From: Oscillospiraceae bacterium
GTDB taxonomy: Bacteria > Bacillota > Clostridia > Oscillospirales > Acutalibacteraceae
Length of the DNA stretch: 57,902 nucleotides
Assembly: GCA_902796535.1 (NCBI GenBank)
Contig: CADBPL010000018.1
Coordinates: 1 to 57,902 of the forward strand
Reading direction: 5' to 3'
The notes below the pieces were generated by a model. It was not told the origin of the DNA. It saw nothing but the letters and a program-made list of their open reading frames with translations, and made no database searches. Made by a program: the position numbers and the translations under genes. Of the stretch, positions 41,532 to 51,476 are shown in pieces. Numbering within the stretch: the first letter of the stretch is position 1; every line of letters begins with the position of its first letter.

Positions 41532-42414
41532 CTTTTTCACCCATGCAGCCGGAGCTGCACGTTCCTTTCTTAAAATGCTTTCCGGCCAGCACCATACGGT
41601 CCAGCCCGCTGTAATCCTTGAAAACTTCCACTTGACTAAAACTGCGGCGAAAAATCTCTGCCACGGCATTCCCCTGCTCCTCGCCGATCTCAACGGCAAG
41701 AAACCCGTCTTCGGCCAGCAGCGGCGCATAATCGGCGGCGATCGCACGGTAGAATTTCAACCCGTCTTCCCCGCCGTCGAGCGCCATGGCCGGTTCCTGC
41801 TTCACTTCACGCGGCAGGGCGGCAAGCTCGGCGGTTCTGATATAGGGTGGGTTGGACACGATCGCGTCGAACGGGGACGAAACAAACGGAAAGGCTGTGA
41901 ACAGATCGCTCTGAATCACATGGGCATTATTGACCAGATTGCGCTTGATATTCCGCTTTTGATACGACACGGCGTCATCCGACACTTCAAGCATCGACAC
42001 CGTTGCGTCGGGGCGCTTTTTGCCAATGGTGATGCCGATGCAGCCGCTGCCGGCGCAAAGGTCGAGCACAACAGGATTCTTCATATCTTTCAGGTTTTCA
42101 AGCACCAGGTCGACCAGCTGTTCGGTTTCCGGCCGCGGGATCAGAACCCCTTTGCCGACGAAAAACGGCAGACCGTAAAACTCCCATTCGCCCAGAATGT
42201 ATTGCAGCGGTTCGCCGGCAAGCCTGCGTTCGGCTTTTTTATCTAAAGCCTGTTCGGTCATTTCGTCGATCTCACGTTCCGGCGTCAGCGGCAGCTGCGC
42301 ATTGCGGCAGCCGAGCGCATCTGCAATCAGGCAATCCGCCTCAAACGCGGCGTCGTCAGCAGACGCGGGGCGAAGCTGCTCCGTCAGGCTTTTGCGCAGC
42401 TCATTCAGCTTCAT
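41521..42414 (-). CDS. prmC: Release factor N5-glutamine methyltransferase.
   Basis: 297 aa. SAM motif VLDLCAGSGCIG and catalytic VSNPPYI. Confidence 0.9.
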   Translation of the reverse strand: MKLNELRKSLTEQLRPASADDAAFEADCLIADALGCRNAQLPLTPEREIDEMTEQALDKKAERRLAGEPLQYILGEWEFYGLPFFVGKGVLIPRPETEQLVDLVLENLKDMKNPVVLDLCAGSGCIGITIGKKRPDATVSMLEVSDDAVSYQKRNIKRNLVNNAHVIQSDLFTAFPFVSSPFDAIVSNPPYIRTAELAALPREVKQEPAMALDGGEDGLKFYRAIAADYAPLLAEDGFLAVEIGEEQGNAVAEIFRRSFSQVEVFKDYSGLDRMVLAGKHFKKGTCSSGCMGEKDVI

Positions 42415-43438
42415 CGGGCTTCGATTCAGGTGCTTCCGGCTGCTGTTCGGCGGCTTCCTCGGTCGGTATCAACTTGCCGTCAGGGTCGTCGATCACCACA
42501 CGGATGGCGGCGATGGCAACCTCGATAATATCGTCGGTCGGTTCCTTGGTGGTGATTCGCTGCATGAACAGCCCGGGCGCGGAGAGAATGTGCGTGAACA
42601 CATTGTCGTGCCGGCCGGCGATGCGGATGCATTCATAGCCGAGGCTCATGATCAGCGGCAGAAGCAGGAGCTTGATCGCGATCCACAGCGGGCGAATGTC
42701 GCGCACGCCGGGGGCAATAACGACCACAAGCGAGGAAACGGCAATGCTGAGAATGATGGTGATGAAAATAAAGCTCGTGCCGCAGCGGGGGTGAAAACGG
42801 ATTTGCTTGCGCACGTTTTCAACGGTGAGCGGCAGGCCGTGTTCGATGCAGAAAATGGATTTATGCTCCGCGCCGTGGTATTGGAACACCCGTTTGATGT
42901 CCTTCATCTGCGAAACGGACCACATATAGATAACAAAGATGATCACGCGCATCACGCCTTCAATGAGCGGACGCACGCGCACCAGCGACCCGCCGGCAAC
43001 GTATTTGTTGAGCAGGTCGGTCAAAAAAGTCGGCAGCCAGAAAAAGATGACAAACGCCAGCGCAAACCCGAGCACCATGGCAATGCCGCCGATGACGGCC
43101 ATCATTTTTGGGCCGAAATGGTTGGCGAGCCATTTGTCAAACTTTGACATTTCCTCTTCGTTCAGGTCGGACGTGTCAAGCCCGGTTTTTTCGGCGGATT
43201 CCATCATGCACTTGTAGCCGAAGATCATCTGCTCAACAAACGCGATCGGGCCGCGAATGAAGGGTGTTTTGAGGATCTTGTATTTGTCGAGCACCGATTG
43301 AAAATCCTTCATCGTCACATCGATGCTGCCATCCGGCATCCGGCACGCCATGGAGGCGCCCTTCGGGCCTTTCATCATGATCCCTTCGATCAGCGCTTCA
43401 CCGCCGACGCCGGAATACTTGATTTTTTCTTTACTCAT
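42401..43438 (-). CDS. DUF1385-family membrane protein (YqhQ-like).
   Basis: 345 aa with GVGGEALIEGIMMKGP and HGAEHK. It lies immediately upstream of prmC, as is commonly seen. Confidence 0.8.
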   Translation of the reverse strand: MSKEKIKYSGVGGEALIEGIMMKGPKGASMACRMPDGSIDVTMKDFQSVLDKYKILKTPFIRGPIAFVEQMIFGYKCMMESAEKTGLDTSDLNEEEMSKFDKWLANHFGPKMMAVIGGIAMVLGFALAFVIFFWLPTFLTDLLNKYVAGGSLVRVRPLIEGVMRVIIFVIYMWSVSQMKDIKRVFQYHGAEHKSIFCIEHGLPLTVENVRKQIRFHPRCGTSFIFITIILSIAVSSLVVVIAPGVRDIRPLWIAIKLLLLPLIMSLGYECIRIAGRHDNVFTHILSAPGLFMQRITTKEPTDDIIEVAIAAIRVVIDDPDGKLIPTEEAAEQQPEAPESKPDEAE

Positions 43439-44897
43439 TGCTTCTTGTCCTTTCCGGCAACGGCGATTCGGGCAGCTCGACCGGTTCGACCGGGAGCGTG
43501 ACCGTGACCGTGGTTCCGTCGCCTACAACGCTGTTTATTTCAAGCGTTCCCCCGTGAATTCTGACCAGCTCATCTGCAACAGCCAGCCCGATGCCGGTGC
43601 CGTGAACGGATGAATTGGCACGGAAGAACTTTTCTTTGACCTTGTCAATATTTTCCGGCGCGATGCCGCAGCCGGTGTCGGTGAAAAAGATGACCAGCTC
43701 GTCGCCGCGCAGCTCCGCTAAAATGATCACCTTGCCGCCGTGTTCGTTGTATTTGATGGCGTTGTCGATCAGGTTGACAAACACCTGGCGGATGCGCACG
43801 GCGTCACCCTGCATCGGGATGGGATAATGCGGCACGTTGTAGATCAGCTCCAGCCCCTCGCGCAGGATACGGTCTTTTAGCGTGAACACGGCGTCGTCCA
43901 ATTCCGCCAAAATGTCGATCTTGGTCATGTTCACCTTCATCTGACGGTTTTGGATGCGCGAGAAATCGAGCAGTTCCTCGACCATGTCGGACAGCCGCTG
44001 CGATTCGCTGACGATGATGTTCATGCCTTTGGAGGCGGTTTCCGGGTCGGTGTCGCCCAGCTGGATGATCGTTTCGCCCCAGCCCTTGATCGCAGTGAGG
44101 GGGGTGCGCAGTTCGTGGGAAATGGTGGAGATAAAATCGTTTTTCAGGCTTTCCGCCCGGCTGAGCGCAACCGCCATGTTGTTGAAGCTGCGCCCCAGGT
44201 CGCTGACCTCGTCATGCATTCCTTCCAGATCAACGCGCGCGGACCAGTCCCCTTCGCCGAGCGACGTTGCCGTTTGATTGATGCGCTCCAGCGAACGGGC
44301 AATGGCGCGAATGAACGGATAGTTCAGCAGCCAGACGATCAAAAGCAGCAGGATCGCAAAGCCGAAAATGACGAGCGCAAACCAGAGCAGCTGCCGGTCG
44401 ACGTTGTGCAGTGAGCTGATAAAACGCACCGCGCCTGCTTTGGCAGGCAAAAGCATGGTGACCGCCATCACTTTTTCGCCGCTGCCAAGGCGGCCGATCC
44501 ATTTGCCCTTTTCGGTCGTGGAGTGCAGCGCCAGATCATAGTCGGGCATTTTTGCCTCGCGATCGACCTGAAAGCCCGAGGTGGATATGAGCGGCTGCCC
44601 GTTTTCATCCAGCACCCAGACCTCCATCATGCTTTTGTCGGAAAAGGTTTCTAAAAAGTTGATCGCGCCCGTTGTAAAGCTTTCTTCCGTTCCGTCCAAA
44701 TATGGCGTGAAATAGCTGCTCACCAGGTCGGACGCGCGTGTGTCCAATTGTGCGTAAACATATTGATAATGGTAATTGACGACAAAAATGAAAAGCGCGG
44801 AAAAAAGAACGGCAAGCAAAACGGCGAAAGCAACAAAATAGGTCAGGAGCCAGCGTTGGTTCATGCCGTTGCGCCTGTGCTTCATTTTTTCACTCAC
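43431..44897 (-). CDS. Sensor histidine kinase (two TM segments, extracytoplasmic loop, HAMP, HisKA, HATPase_c).
   Basis: H-box SHELRTPL, N-box DNAIKY, G1 DTGCGI and G2 GTGIGLAV. The start is either the GTG at 44897 or, with better SD spacing, the ATG at 44885. Confidence 0.9.
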   Translation of the reverse strand: MSEKMKHRRNGMNQRWLLTYFVAFAVLLAVLFSALFIFVVNYHYQYVYAQLDTRASDLVSSYFTPYLDGTEESFTTGAINFLETFSDKSMMEVWVLDENGQPLISTSGFQVDREAKMPDYDLALHSTTEKGKWIGRLGSGEKVMAVTMLLPAKAGAVRFISSLHNVDRQLLWFALVIFGFAILLLLIVWLLNYPFIRAIARSLERINQTATSLGEGDWSARVDLEGMHDEVSDLGRSFNNMAVALSRAESLKNDFISTISHELRTPLTAIKGWGETIIQLGDTDPETASKGMNIIVSESQRLSDMVEELLDFSRIQNRQMKVNMTKIDILAELDDAVFTLKDRILREGLELIYNVPHYPIPMQGDAVRIRQVFVNLIDNAIKYNEHGGKVIILAELRGDELVIFFTDTGCGIAPENIDKVKEKFFRANSSVHGTGIGLAVADELVRIHGGTLEINSVVGDGTTVTVTLPVEPVELPESPLPERTRSNE

Positions 44898-44915
44898 CGC
44901 CTTTCGTCAAGCCTG

Positions 44916-45623
44916 TTACGGCACCCATTTGTAACCCATGCCCCACACGGTCGTGAGGTGAACGGGGTTGGAGGGAACGTCCTCGATCTTCATGCGCAGG
45001 CGTCGGATGTTGACGTCGACCACCTTATCCTCCCCAAAGTAGTTTTCGCCCCACACACGGGTCAGAATATCATTGCGGTCCAGCGCCGCGCCCTGATTGG
45101 AGAGGAAATATTCCATGATCTGGAATTCGACCTGCGTCAGTTCGATGGGCCTGCCGTTTTTGGTCAGGGTGCGGTTGCGCAGATTCAGCGAAAAATCGCC
45201 GCTTGTCAAAACGTAAGCGCTGTCCTTGGGTTTGACGGCATAGGCCTTGTTGAGCGAAACGCGGCGGTAGATCGCGTCCACACGCGCCATCAGCTCCGAG
45301 GGGGAAAACGGCTTGGTCACATAATCGTCCGCCCCCACCATCAGGCCGGTGATCTTATCCATCTCCTGCGTTTTGGCAGTGAGCATGATAATGCCGATGT
45401 TTTTATCTTTTTCGCGCAGCGTGCGGCAAACCGTCAGTCCGTCGGTTTCCGGCATCATGATATCCAAAACAGCCATGTCGATCTCTGTGCCGTATTCCTC
45501 ATACAGCGCCAGCGCCTGCGCGCCGTTTTCCGCTTCGAGCACCTCATAGCCGCTGCGTTTGAGATTGATCACGATAAACTCGCGGATCGCAGCTTCATCT
45601 TCCGCTACCATCACTTTTTTCAC
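44916..45623 (-). CDS. OmpR-family response regulator.
   Basis: 235 aa. Receiver domain (VMVAEDE, VLDIMMP, LTAK) and a winged-helix C-terminus ending VWGMGYKW. Confidence 0.92.
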   Translation of the reverse strand: MKKVMVAEDEAAIREFIVINLKRSGYEVLEAENGAQALALYEEYGTEIDMAVLDIMMPETDGLTVCRTLREKDKNIGIIMLTAKTQEMDKITGLMVGADDYVTKPFSPSELMARVDAIYRRVSLNKAYAVKPKDSAYVLTSGDFSLNLRNRTLTKNGRPIELTQVEFQIMEYFLSNQGAALDRNDILTRVWGENYFGEDKVVDVNIRRLRMKIEDVPSNPVHLTTVWGMGYKWVP

Positions 45624-46957
45624 TTTGCATTGCCTCCCGCGTCGTATTCAAAATTCTCTTTCAGCATTTCATCGTTTATGCCGAAGGCTCTTCCTTTTTC
45701 AGTCACCTGGCAGGAATATGTTGTGCCGGGCGCCGATGTATCATCTAAAACCGAAGCTGTCGTATTGTCGCTGCCCGGTGAATCGCTTTTTTGCACCGCT
45801 ATGGAAAACAGCGGCTCCCCGTTCTGGTTGACAAAGCTCCACAGCGGCGCGTCCGTATACTGAACAAAGACCTTGCCGTTCCATTCCTTCGGGAACAGCA
45901 GCCGGTAGTTTTCCGCAACATTGACCGCAAAGCAGACCTTTTCGACCGGCTCCTGCCCCTGAAGGCTGCACCAGGTGAGCAGATAGCCCAGCGAGGGATC
46001 GTCCTCTTTGCTCTGGTTGAATTTTCGGCGCAGCGGAATTTCAATGAGTCCGTCCCGATCCACATCGGCGCTCTTCACCGTGCCGCTGCGCAGGGTGACG
46101 GTGTTGCGTTCTCCGTCCTTTTGGCGGAACGGACAGAAATAATCGTTTTGGTCGTCCGACCAGAGAAACACGTCCGTGATCATGCGGTTGTCGGCCAGTA
46201 TGGCGTCTGCGAAAAGGCGCGGGTGCCGCTCCCCTTCCGGCTGATCGCACAGCAGCGATTCGATCCGCACAACGCGCGGATCCATCTGCAGGGTACCGGC
46301 CGGAACGATCTGCCCGGACGCGCTCAGGCTGAAGCGTTTGATCACCGCGGCAATCGGCGCCTGGGCGCTGTCGGCATAAGCAAGGAACAACTGCTTTACG
46401 CCGCTGCCGTTCCCGTCCGCCAAAAGGTAGTGATCGTATGCTTCGGTCGCGCAAAGGGTGAAGGCGAGCCGACCGTCGGCGGACGAGCCGGAATAGACTG
46501 AAAGTATTTTTTTGGTTTTGTCATTATACATGGACCAGCCGACGAAAATTTCAGAAAAGCCGTCGCCATTCAGATCGGCAAAATCAAGCGAATAAACGCC
46601 GTTGCCGTCGCCGGTCAGATCCTCGACCTTTTCCCAGGTGTCCGCGTTCATTTGCAGAACGCACAGATGAACGGAATCCGGATCGGGGCTGTAGAAAACA
46701 ACCGCTTCCTCCGTCTGATCGCCGTTCAGATCAAACAGCGTGATCGCGGTGTGGTATTGACCGGATTGCGGCACGCTGAGGGAAAAACCGCTGCCCAAAG
46801 CGGCGTTGAGCGCTTTTTCAAGCTTCTGCTCGCCGGCGGCGCGCGGCGGGCGCATCAGGCTTTCAATGGAGTGCGGGCCGATCTCGCAGCCGCACAGAAC
46901 AGAAGACAACAGCAGCACAGCGCACGCAAAACAAAGAACGGTTCTGCGCTTGTTCAT
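45620..46957 (-). CDS. Putative lipoprotein with FG-GAP/VCBS-like Ca-binding repeats.
   Basis: 445 aa. N-terminus MNKRRTVLCFACAVLLLSSVLCGC. Repeat motifs FDLNGDQTEE, ADLNGDGFSE and DVDRDGLIE. It overlaps the response regulator start by 4 nt. Confidence 0.55.
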   Translation of the reverse strand: MNKRRTVLCFACAVLLLSSVLCGCEIGPHSIESLMRPPRAAGEQKLEKALNAALGSGFSLSVPQSGQYHTAITLFDLNGDQTEEAVVFYSPDPDSVHLCVLQMNADTWEKVEDLTGDGNGVYSLDFADLNGDGFSEIFVGWSMYNDKTKKILSVYSGSSADGRLAFTLCATEAYDHYLLADGNGSGVKQLFLAYADSAQAPIAAVIKRFSLSASGQIVPAGTLQMDPRVVRIESLLCDQPEGERHPRLFADAILADNRMITDVFLWSDDQNDYFCPFRQKDGERNTVTLRSGTVKSADVDRDGLIEIPLRRKFNQSKEDDPSLGYLLTWCSLQGQEPVEKVCFAVNVAENYRLLFPKEWNGKVFVQYTDAPLWSFVNQNGEPLFSIAVQKSDSPGSDNTTASVLDDTSAPGTTYSCQVTEKGRAFGINDEMLKENFEYDAGGNAK

Positions 46958-46976
46958 GTGCTGTCATCTCCTTTCA

Positions 46977-48257
46977 TCATTTTTTCTGAACGGTCACGGA
47001 ATAGGAGCCGTAGACCCAGCAATCGCTGCTGTCTTTCAGGACGACCTCGGCGGCAAAGGTCTGCTCTCCTGCGTCCGGGTCGGCGTCGGTCAGGTCGACC
47101 GTTGCGGTGATATCCTGCACCGAAACGGCGCTGACACTGTCGGCCGGGCCGACGAGCGTGACCTCGTCAATGCCCTTGATCAGCGAGGCGACCTCATACC
47201 CTTCGGGCGCGTTGGCAAAAACGATGCCGCTTTCCGGCAGCTTGCGCGTGGCGGTCGTGCACTCCGGCACGTCGACGGTCACGAGAATGGTCTGGATATC
47301 GGTGATCACTTTAACGCCGCTCAGGCTGTCGGCGGGGATCTCAAACGTGTTGACGCCGGGCTTTAACGAGGCAAAATTGATGATCGCCACAGTCAGCTCG
47401 TCCAGATCGTCCTCATCTTCCATGTTCTGGATGCCGGCTTTAAGGCTGGTCGGCGAAATCGTGTAGTGCAGCGGCGTTTCGTGGTAGCGAAGGGGCGCGT
47501 TTTTGAATTCGACGGTCGTCGGCTTTTCGGTCACCAGATAGATCGGAACCGTCAGGGATACGACGGAATTGTCTTTGTTGAAGGTCAGGTAATGCGCCAT
47601 GCCGCCGTTTTCGTTGAGCGCAACGATCTCTGCGTCAAAGGTTTTGGTCTGGGTCAAGGGCTTATCCAGCTTCACGCGCGCTTCAACGGTCTTGATGCTG
47701 TTTACTTCGGTTGCGGGGCCGGATACGTTGATCATTTTTTCGGACAAAACCGGTTCGGAGGTGATGTAACCGTCTTTAGCCACCCCGTTCGGCGCGTCCA
47801 GATCGACTACCAGCGTGAAATCACGCTCCACGTAGTTGTCAAAAAACACTTCGATCGCGTCTTCTGAAAGCGAGACGATCTCGAATTCATCGGTCTCCCG
47901 CGCTTTGGTCGCCTTGAGGGTCAGCCGATATTTTCCGGCGGCGTCGACATATTGCGTCTGCGCCACCACCTTGACCGCTTTGGAATCGGAGGTCAGGCTG
48001 CCGATGACATAGCGCTTGCCCGTGATTTCAACGTCGACCGTATAATCTTTCTGACCGAACACCTGCAGATTCAACTGAGCCGGTACGCTGTTTTCCATTT
48101 CGATCTCGACCGGCACGTCGCGCAGCGTGATAATATCGGTCGGGCTGAGCAGAATCGTCACAAAGAGCCACACAACCACGGAAACAGCAAGGGAAACGAT
48201 CATCAGCAGCTTATTGTCATAAATCAGGCGGTGCGCCAGTTTGGCAAAACGCTTCAT
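46977..48257 (-). CDS. cdaR: YbbR-domain protein (CdaR-type regulator of the diadenylate cyclase).
   Basis: 426 aa. N-terminal TM segment followed by repeated YbbR-like beta domains. It overlaps the cdaA stop by 4 nt. Confidence 0.8.
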   Translation of the reverse strand: MKRFAKLAHRLIYDNKLLMIVSLAVSVVVWLFVTILLSPTDIITLRDVPVEIEMENSVPAQLNLQVFGQKDYTVDVEITGKRYVIGSLTSDSKAVKVVAQTQYVDAAGKYRLTLKATKARETDEFEIVSLSEDAIEVFFDNYVERDFTLVVDLDAPNGVAKDGYITSEPVLSEKMINVSGPATEVNSIKTVEARVKLDKPLTQTKTFDAEIVALNENGGMAHYLTFNKDNSVVSLTVPIYLVTEKPTTVEFKNAPLRYHETPLHYTISPTSLKAGIQNMEDEDDLDELTVAIINFASLKPGVNTFEIPADSLSGVKVITDIQTILVTVDVPECTTATRKLPESGIVFANAPEGYEVASLIKGIDEVTLVGPADSVSAVSVQDITATVDLTDADPDAGEQTFAAEVVLKDSSDCWVYGSYSVTVQKK

Positions 48258-49153
48258 GCTTGCTCCCCTCCGTTCCGATTGCCCTTGATCCGATCAGCAA
48301 GGCGCGCAATGATGGTTTCTTTGCGGCTTTCAAAGTTGTCGATCAGGTCGTTCTGCAGCTTTTCACGCAACTCGGACGCTGTGATGTCGCGCGTGATGGT
48401 ACCGCGCTTGACCAGAGAAATATAACCGGTTTCCTCCGATACGACCACGACGACTGCGTCGCTTTCTTCCGAAATGCCGAGCGCGGCGCGGTGGCGGGTG
48501 CCGAGCTCTTTGTTCAGCGCGTTGTTTTTGGTCAGCGGCAAAATGCAGCCGGCGGCGATCACCCGGTCGTTTCGGACGATGGCGGCGCCGTCATGCAGCG
48601 GTGTTTTGGGGAAGAAGATGGTGCCGATGAGCTCTTCCGAAGCGGCAGCGTCGATCACCGTTCCGGTCTCAATGATCGAGCCGAGCAGCGTGCTGCGCTC
48701 AAACACAATAAGCGCGCCGATCTTTTTTTCGCTCATGGCGCTGACGGAGCGGCACACCTCTGTGATCATGTTGTTGAGCTGTTCGCTGTTTTTTTCCCGT
48801 TCTCTTTTGCCCAGGCTTACCACGGGGGACAGGCCGCTGCGCCCCATGCTTTCGAGCGCGTGGCGGATCTCGGGGGAAAAGATGATGACCAGGAACAGCA
48901 GGGCGTTGGAAGCGATGGATTTGAACAGATAACCGCTGGCCTGCATCTGAAACAGGGAAATGAAGAAATAGACGATGATAAACAGAATAATGCCCTTGAG
49001 CAGTTGAATGGCGCGGGTCTCGCGCACCAACTTCACGGCACTGTAAAACACGAAAGCAACGAGCAATATATCCAATAAATCAGACACGCGGAACGATGAG
49101 ATCACGCCGCCGGCCTGCACAAAAAAGTCTTTGATTTGATTCAAATACTCCAT
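48254..49153 (-). CDS. cdaA: Diadenylate cyclase (membrane-bound c-di-AMP synthase).
   Basis: Three N-terminal TM segments and a DAC domain with DGAAIV and GTRHRAALG. The preferred start is the ATG at 49153, 9 nt after GGAGGA; the track ORF starts at the GTG at 49162. Confidence 0.9.
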   Translation of the reverse strand: MEYLNQIKDFFVQAGGVISSFRVSDLLDILLVAFVFYSAVKLVRETRAIQLLKGIILFIIVYFFISLFQMQASGYLFKSIASNALLFLVIIFSPEIRHALESMGRSGLSPVVSLGKREREKNSEQLNNMITEVCRSVSAMSEKKIGALIVFERSTLLGSIIETGTVIDAAASEELIGTIFFPKTPLHDGAAIVRNDRVIAAGCILPLTKNNALNKELGTRHRAALGISEESDAVVVVVSEETGYISLVKRGTITRDITASELREKLQNDLIDNFESRKETIIARLADRIKGNRNGGEQA

Positions 49154-49247
49154 GTATGCCACTCCTCCATTCTGAACGTTAAGTTTACCACACTTTCAGC
49201 CGTAAAGCAAATAAAAATAAAACTTTTTATTTTTTTTTAATATAAAA

Positions 49248-49290
49248 GCTCCGATCGGACGGCCGTTTGAAACAAGCCGTTGATCGGAGC
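49248..49290 (-). terminator. Rho-independent terminator after the PHP gene, upstream of cdaA.
   Basis: Stem GCTCCGATC (49248-49256) / GATCGGAGC (49282-49290) with an inner ACGGC/GCCGT pairing. On the minus strand it is followed by TTTTATATTAAAAAAAAA. Confidence 0.65.
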
Positions 49291-49321
49291 CGGATTTTCT
49301 TAAGGCAACACGTTAAGCGGA

Positions 49322-50695
49322 TCAGAATGCGAAATATTTTTCTCTCTGTTTTTTCATGCGGCCGTGGATGGCTTTGAGCACGCGCGCCGCATCCTCATCG
49401 CCACAGGCGTATTCCCGCATCAGGCGGCCTTCTTCGTAACAAAGGTCGTTGTGCAGCGGCAGAAAATTGTTGTAGATAAAGTTGGCATATTTGACCAGCC
49501 GCAGCTCGCCCACCAGCCGGTATTCCGCGCTGATGGTGTCGACCGCGACGCTGTAGAACGCATTGACGGAATCGACCAGCGCTTCGCGCGTGTTTTCCGG
49601 CGCGAAGACGATGGTGGAGCAGATGAGGCCGTTGCGGTTGTTGACGCTGTTGTGGCTGTCGGTGCTGCCGACGATGGGGCACCTGTTTCCTTTGGCGCAC
49701 TGTTCATAATAGAAAATGCTCTGGAAGCCGTTCTGCTCAAAATAGCTTTCTCCGCCGAGCACTTCAAAGGCGCTGAATTTCCGGTTGGCAAACAGCGCTT
49801 CGCTCAGCTTCTGCGGTACCTGATAGACGTTGCTGATCCAGAACGGATGCGCAAAGATCGCCAGACCGCCGGCTTTTTTGATCTGTTCAAATTCCCACTG
49901 CGAGCAGGCGTAGGCAAAGCGTTCCACGCCCGCGGGGATCTCAATGGTGTCGGCATAGGCGTCGATGGTTCGGTAGAATTCCTCCTCGCTCATCTGCGCG
50001 GGGCAATCCTCAATGAGCGTGCGGTTTTCACGGCTGTTGCATTCGTCAAGCTCCCCGTCGTCGCGGCGGATCAGGGAATTGATGCTGTAAAGGCCGCCGA
50101 AGTTGACGATGTGCAGGTCGTTTCGGTGGTCGTCATCGCCCTTGGGCAGATGAACCTCCTCCCCGGGCACGAGCGTGTATTCCAGCTCCACGTCCTTGTA
50201 GGCCTTGATCGCTTCCAAAGACGGGTAATAGCGGTTATGGTCGGTGATGGCAAGAAAATCGTAGCCGTTGCGGCGATAATTCGCGGCCACAACCGCGGGG
50301 GACTGTTTGCCGTCGGAGCGGCAGGTGTGCATGTGCATATCGCCCACAAACGGGTACCGGCCGCACAAATCCTCCTTAACGGCGTAAACGGAAAGCTGCA
50401 TGAGCCGCTTGTGGTCGACAAACAGGCGGATGTAGTATTCTTCTTCCTCCGCGTAGGTATGGGTAAAACGCAGGCAGCCGTCCGCCTCAGGAATGAGCTC
50501 AAACTGCTCAAAGCCGCTGCCATGCGGATAATCGCGCGGGGTTCCCTGTTCCATCGGGCACAGGAGCATTTCATAGCTGCTTTCGGTGAAAGCGGCGTGC
50601 AGCCCCATGGGTTTGATGGTCACGGTCACTTCTTTCCCGACGGGAAAGACCTTGGGGTAAATATCGTAGTCATAAAGCTCTGTTTTCCGGTTCAT
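49322..50695 (-). CDS. PHP-domain metal-dependent phosphoesterase with an extra N-terminal domain.
   Basis: 457 aa. PHP motifs GDMHMHTCRSDG, LAITDHN and later FAHPFW / GSTDSH. It has an ATGA overlap with the upstream lipoprotein gene. Confidence 0.65.
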   Translation of the reverse strand: MNRKTELYDYDIYPKVFPVGKEVTVTIKPMGLHAAFTESSYEMLLCPMEQGTPRDYPHGSGFEQFELIPEADGCLRFTHTYAEEEEYYIRLFVDHKRLMQLSVYAVKEDLCGRYPFVGDMHMHTCRSDGKQSPAVVAANYRRNGYDFLAITDHNRYYPSLEAIKAYKDVELEYTLVPGEEVHLPKGDDDHRNDLHIVNFGGLYSINSLIRRDDGELDECNSRENRTLIEDCPAQMSEEEFYRTIDAYADTIEIPAGVERFAYACSQWEFEQIKKAGGLAIFAHPFWISNVYQVPQKLSEALFANRKFSAFEVLGGESYFEQNGFQSIFYYEQCAKGNRCPIVGSTDSHNSVNNRNGLICSTIVFAPENTREALVDSVNAFYSVAVDTISAEYRLVGELRLVKYANFIYNNFLPLHNDLCYEEGRLMREYACGDEDAARVLKAIHGRMKKQREKYFAF

Positions 50696-51297
50696 GCCTG
50701 TTTCTCCTTTCCGAAGCCGGTGGGAATATCCTCTGAAAAAATATCATAGGGCAAAGTGTTCAAATCGCCGCGCCGCATGGCTCTGCCGCTGTTTTCGGTG
50801 AACCGCGCCTCGGCGTAATCGTTAAAATCGGGCGCAAGAAACTGCAAATAGTAATGATTGCCCTCCTGCACGAAATTGGCGATAAAGTCAACGTAGCGGT
50901 TGGCGCTGTCATACTGATGCATGGTGATCTTCATGGCGGTTTTTTTGCTGCTGAATTCGATGACCTGATCGAACTTTTCGTATTTGTAGGTATAGACGCC
51001 GTCTTTCTCGGTGATCTCGCCGGAAACGGGCTTTGTGCCGTTTTTGATGTAAGCAAACACAGACCGGACGTATTCGTCCGACGCGATCAGCAGCGACAGG
51101 TCAGAGGAAGGCATATTTTCGACCTTTCCGCTTTTTACACACTTTTCATACGCCGCCTCAAAGCCGTTGATGAACCAGTTTTCGTAATCCGTGACGCCGT
51201 TGACCTTGACAGCTGTTGTTTTGCCGGAGCAGCCAAACAGCGAAAACGCCACGGTGAAAACGGATAGTAAAGCAATCACTTTGTGAAATGTTCTCAT
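50692..51297 (-). CDS. Putative lipoprotein of unknown function.
   Basis: Start ATG at 51297 behind AAGGAGG. MRTFHKVIALLSVFTVAFSLFGCSGK carries the lipobox LFGC. Confidence 0.55.
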   Translation of the reverse strand: MRTFHKVIALLSVFTVAFSLFGCSGKTTAVKVNGVTDYENWFINGFEAAYEKCVKSGKVENMPSSDLSLLIASDEYVRSVFAYIKNGTKPVSGEITEKDGVYTYKYEKFDQVIEFSSKKTAMKITMHQYDSANRYVDFIANFVQEGNHYYLQFLAPDFNDYAEARFTENSGRAMRRGDLNTLPYDIFSEDIPTGFGKEKQA

Positions 51298-51390
51298 ACT
51301 TTTGCCTCCTTTTTGTCTATTATACCACAACCGGCCAGGAAATCAATCCAAAATTTGCGTCTGCTTCCGCCGATCCGCGCCGCAAAAGGC

Positions 51391-51418
51391 TTGCAATTTC
51401 CGGATAATGTGCTAACAT
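51391..51418 (+). promoter_or_regulatory. Sigma-A promoter of the membrane protein gene at 51477..52769.
   Basis: TTGCAA (51391-51396), a 16-nt spacer, then TGcTAACAT (hexamer 51413-51418). Confidence 0.4.
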
Positions 51419-51476
51419 TAAGGCAGGATCGTCCCCGACAATATCTCCCCTTTTTTCGTTATGAGGTGAATGATCG

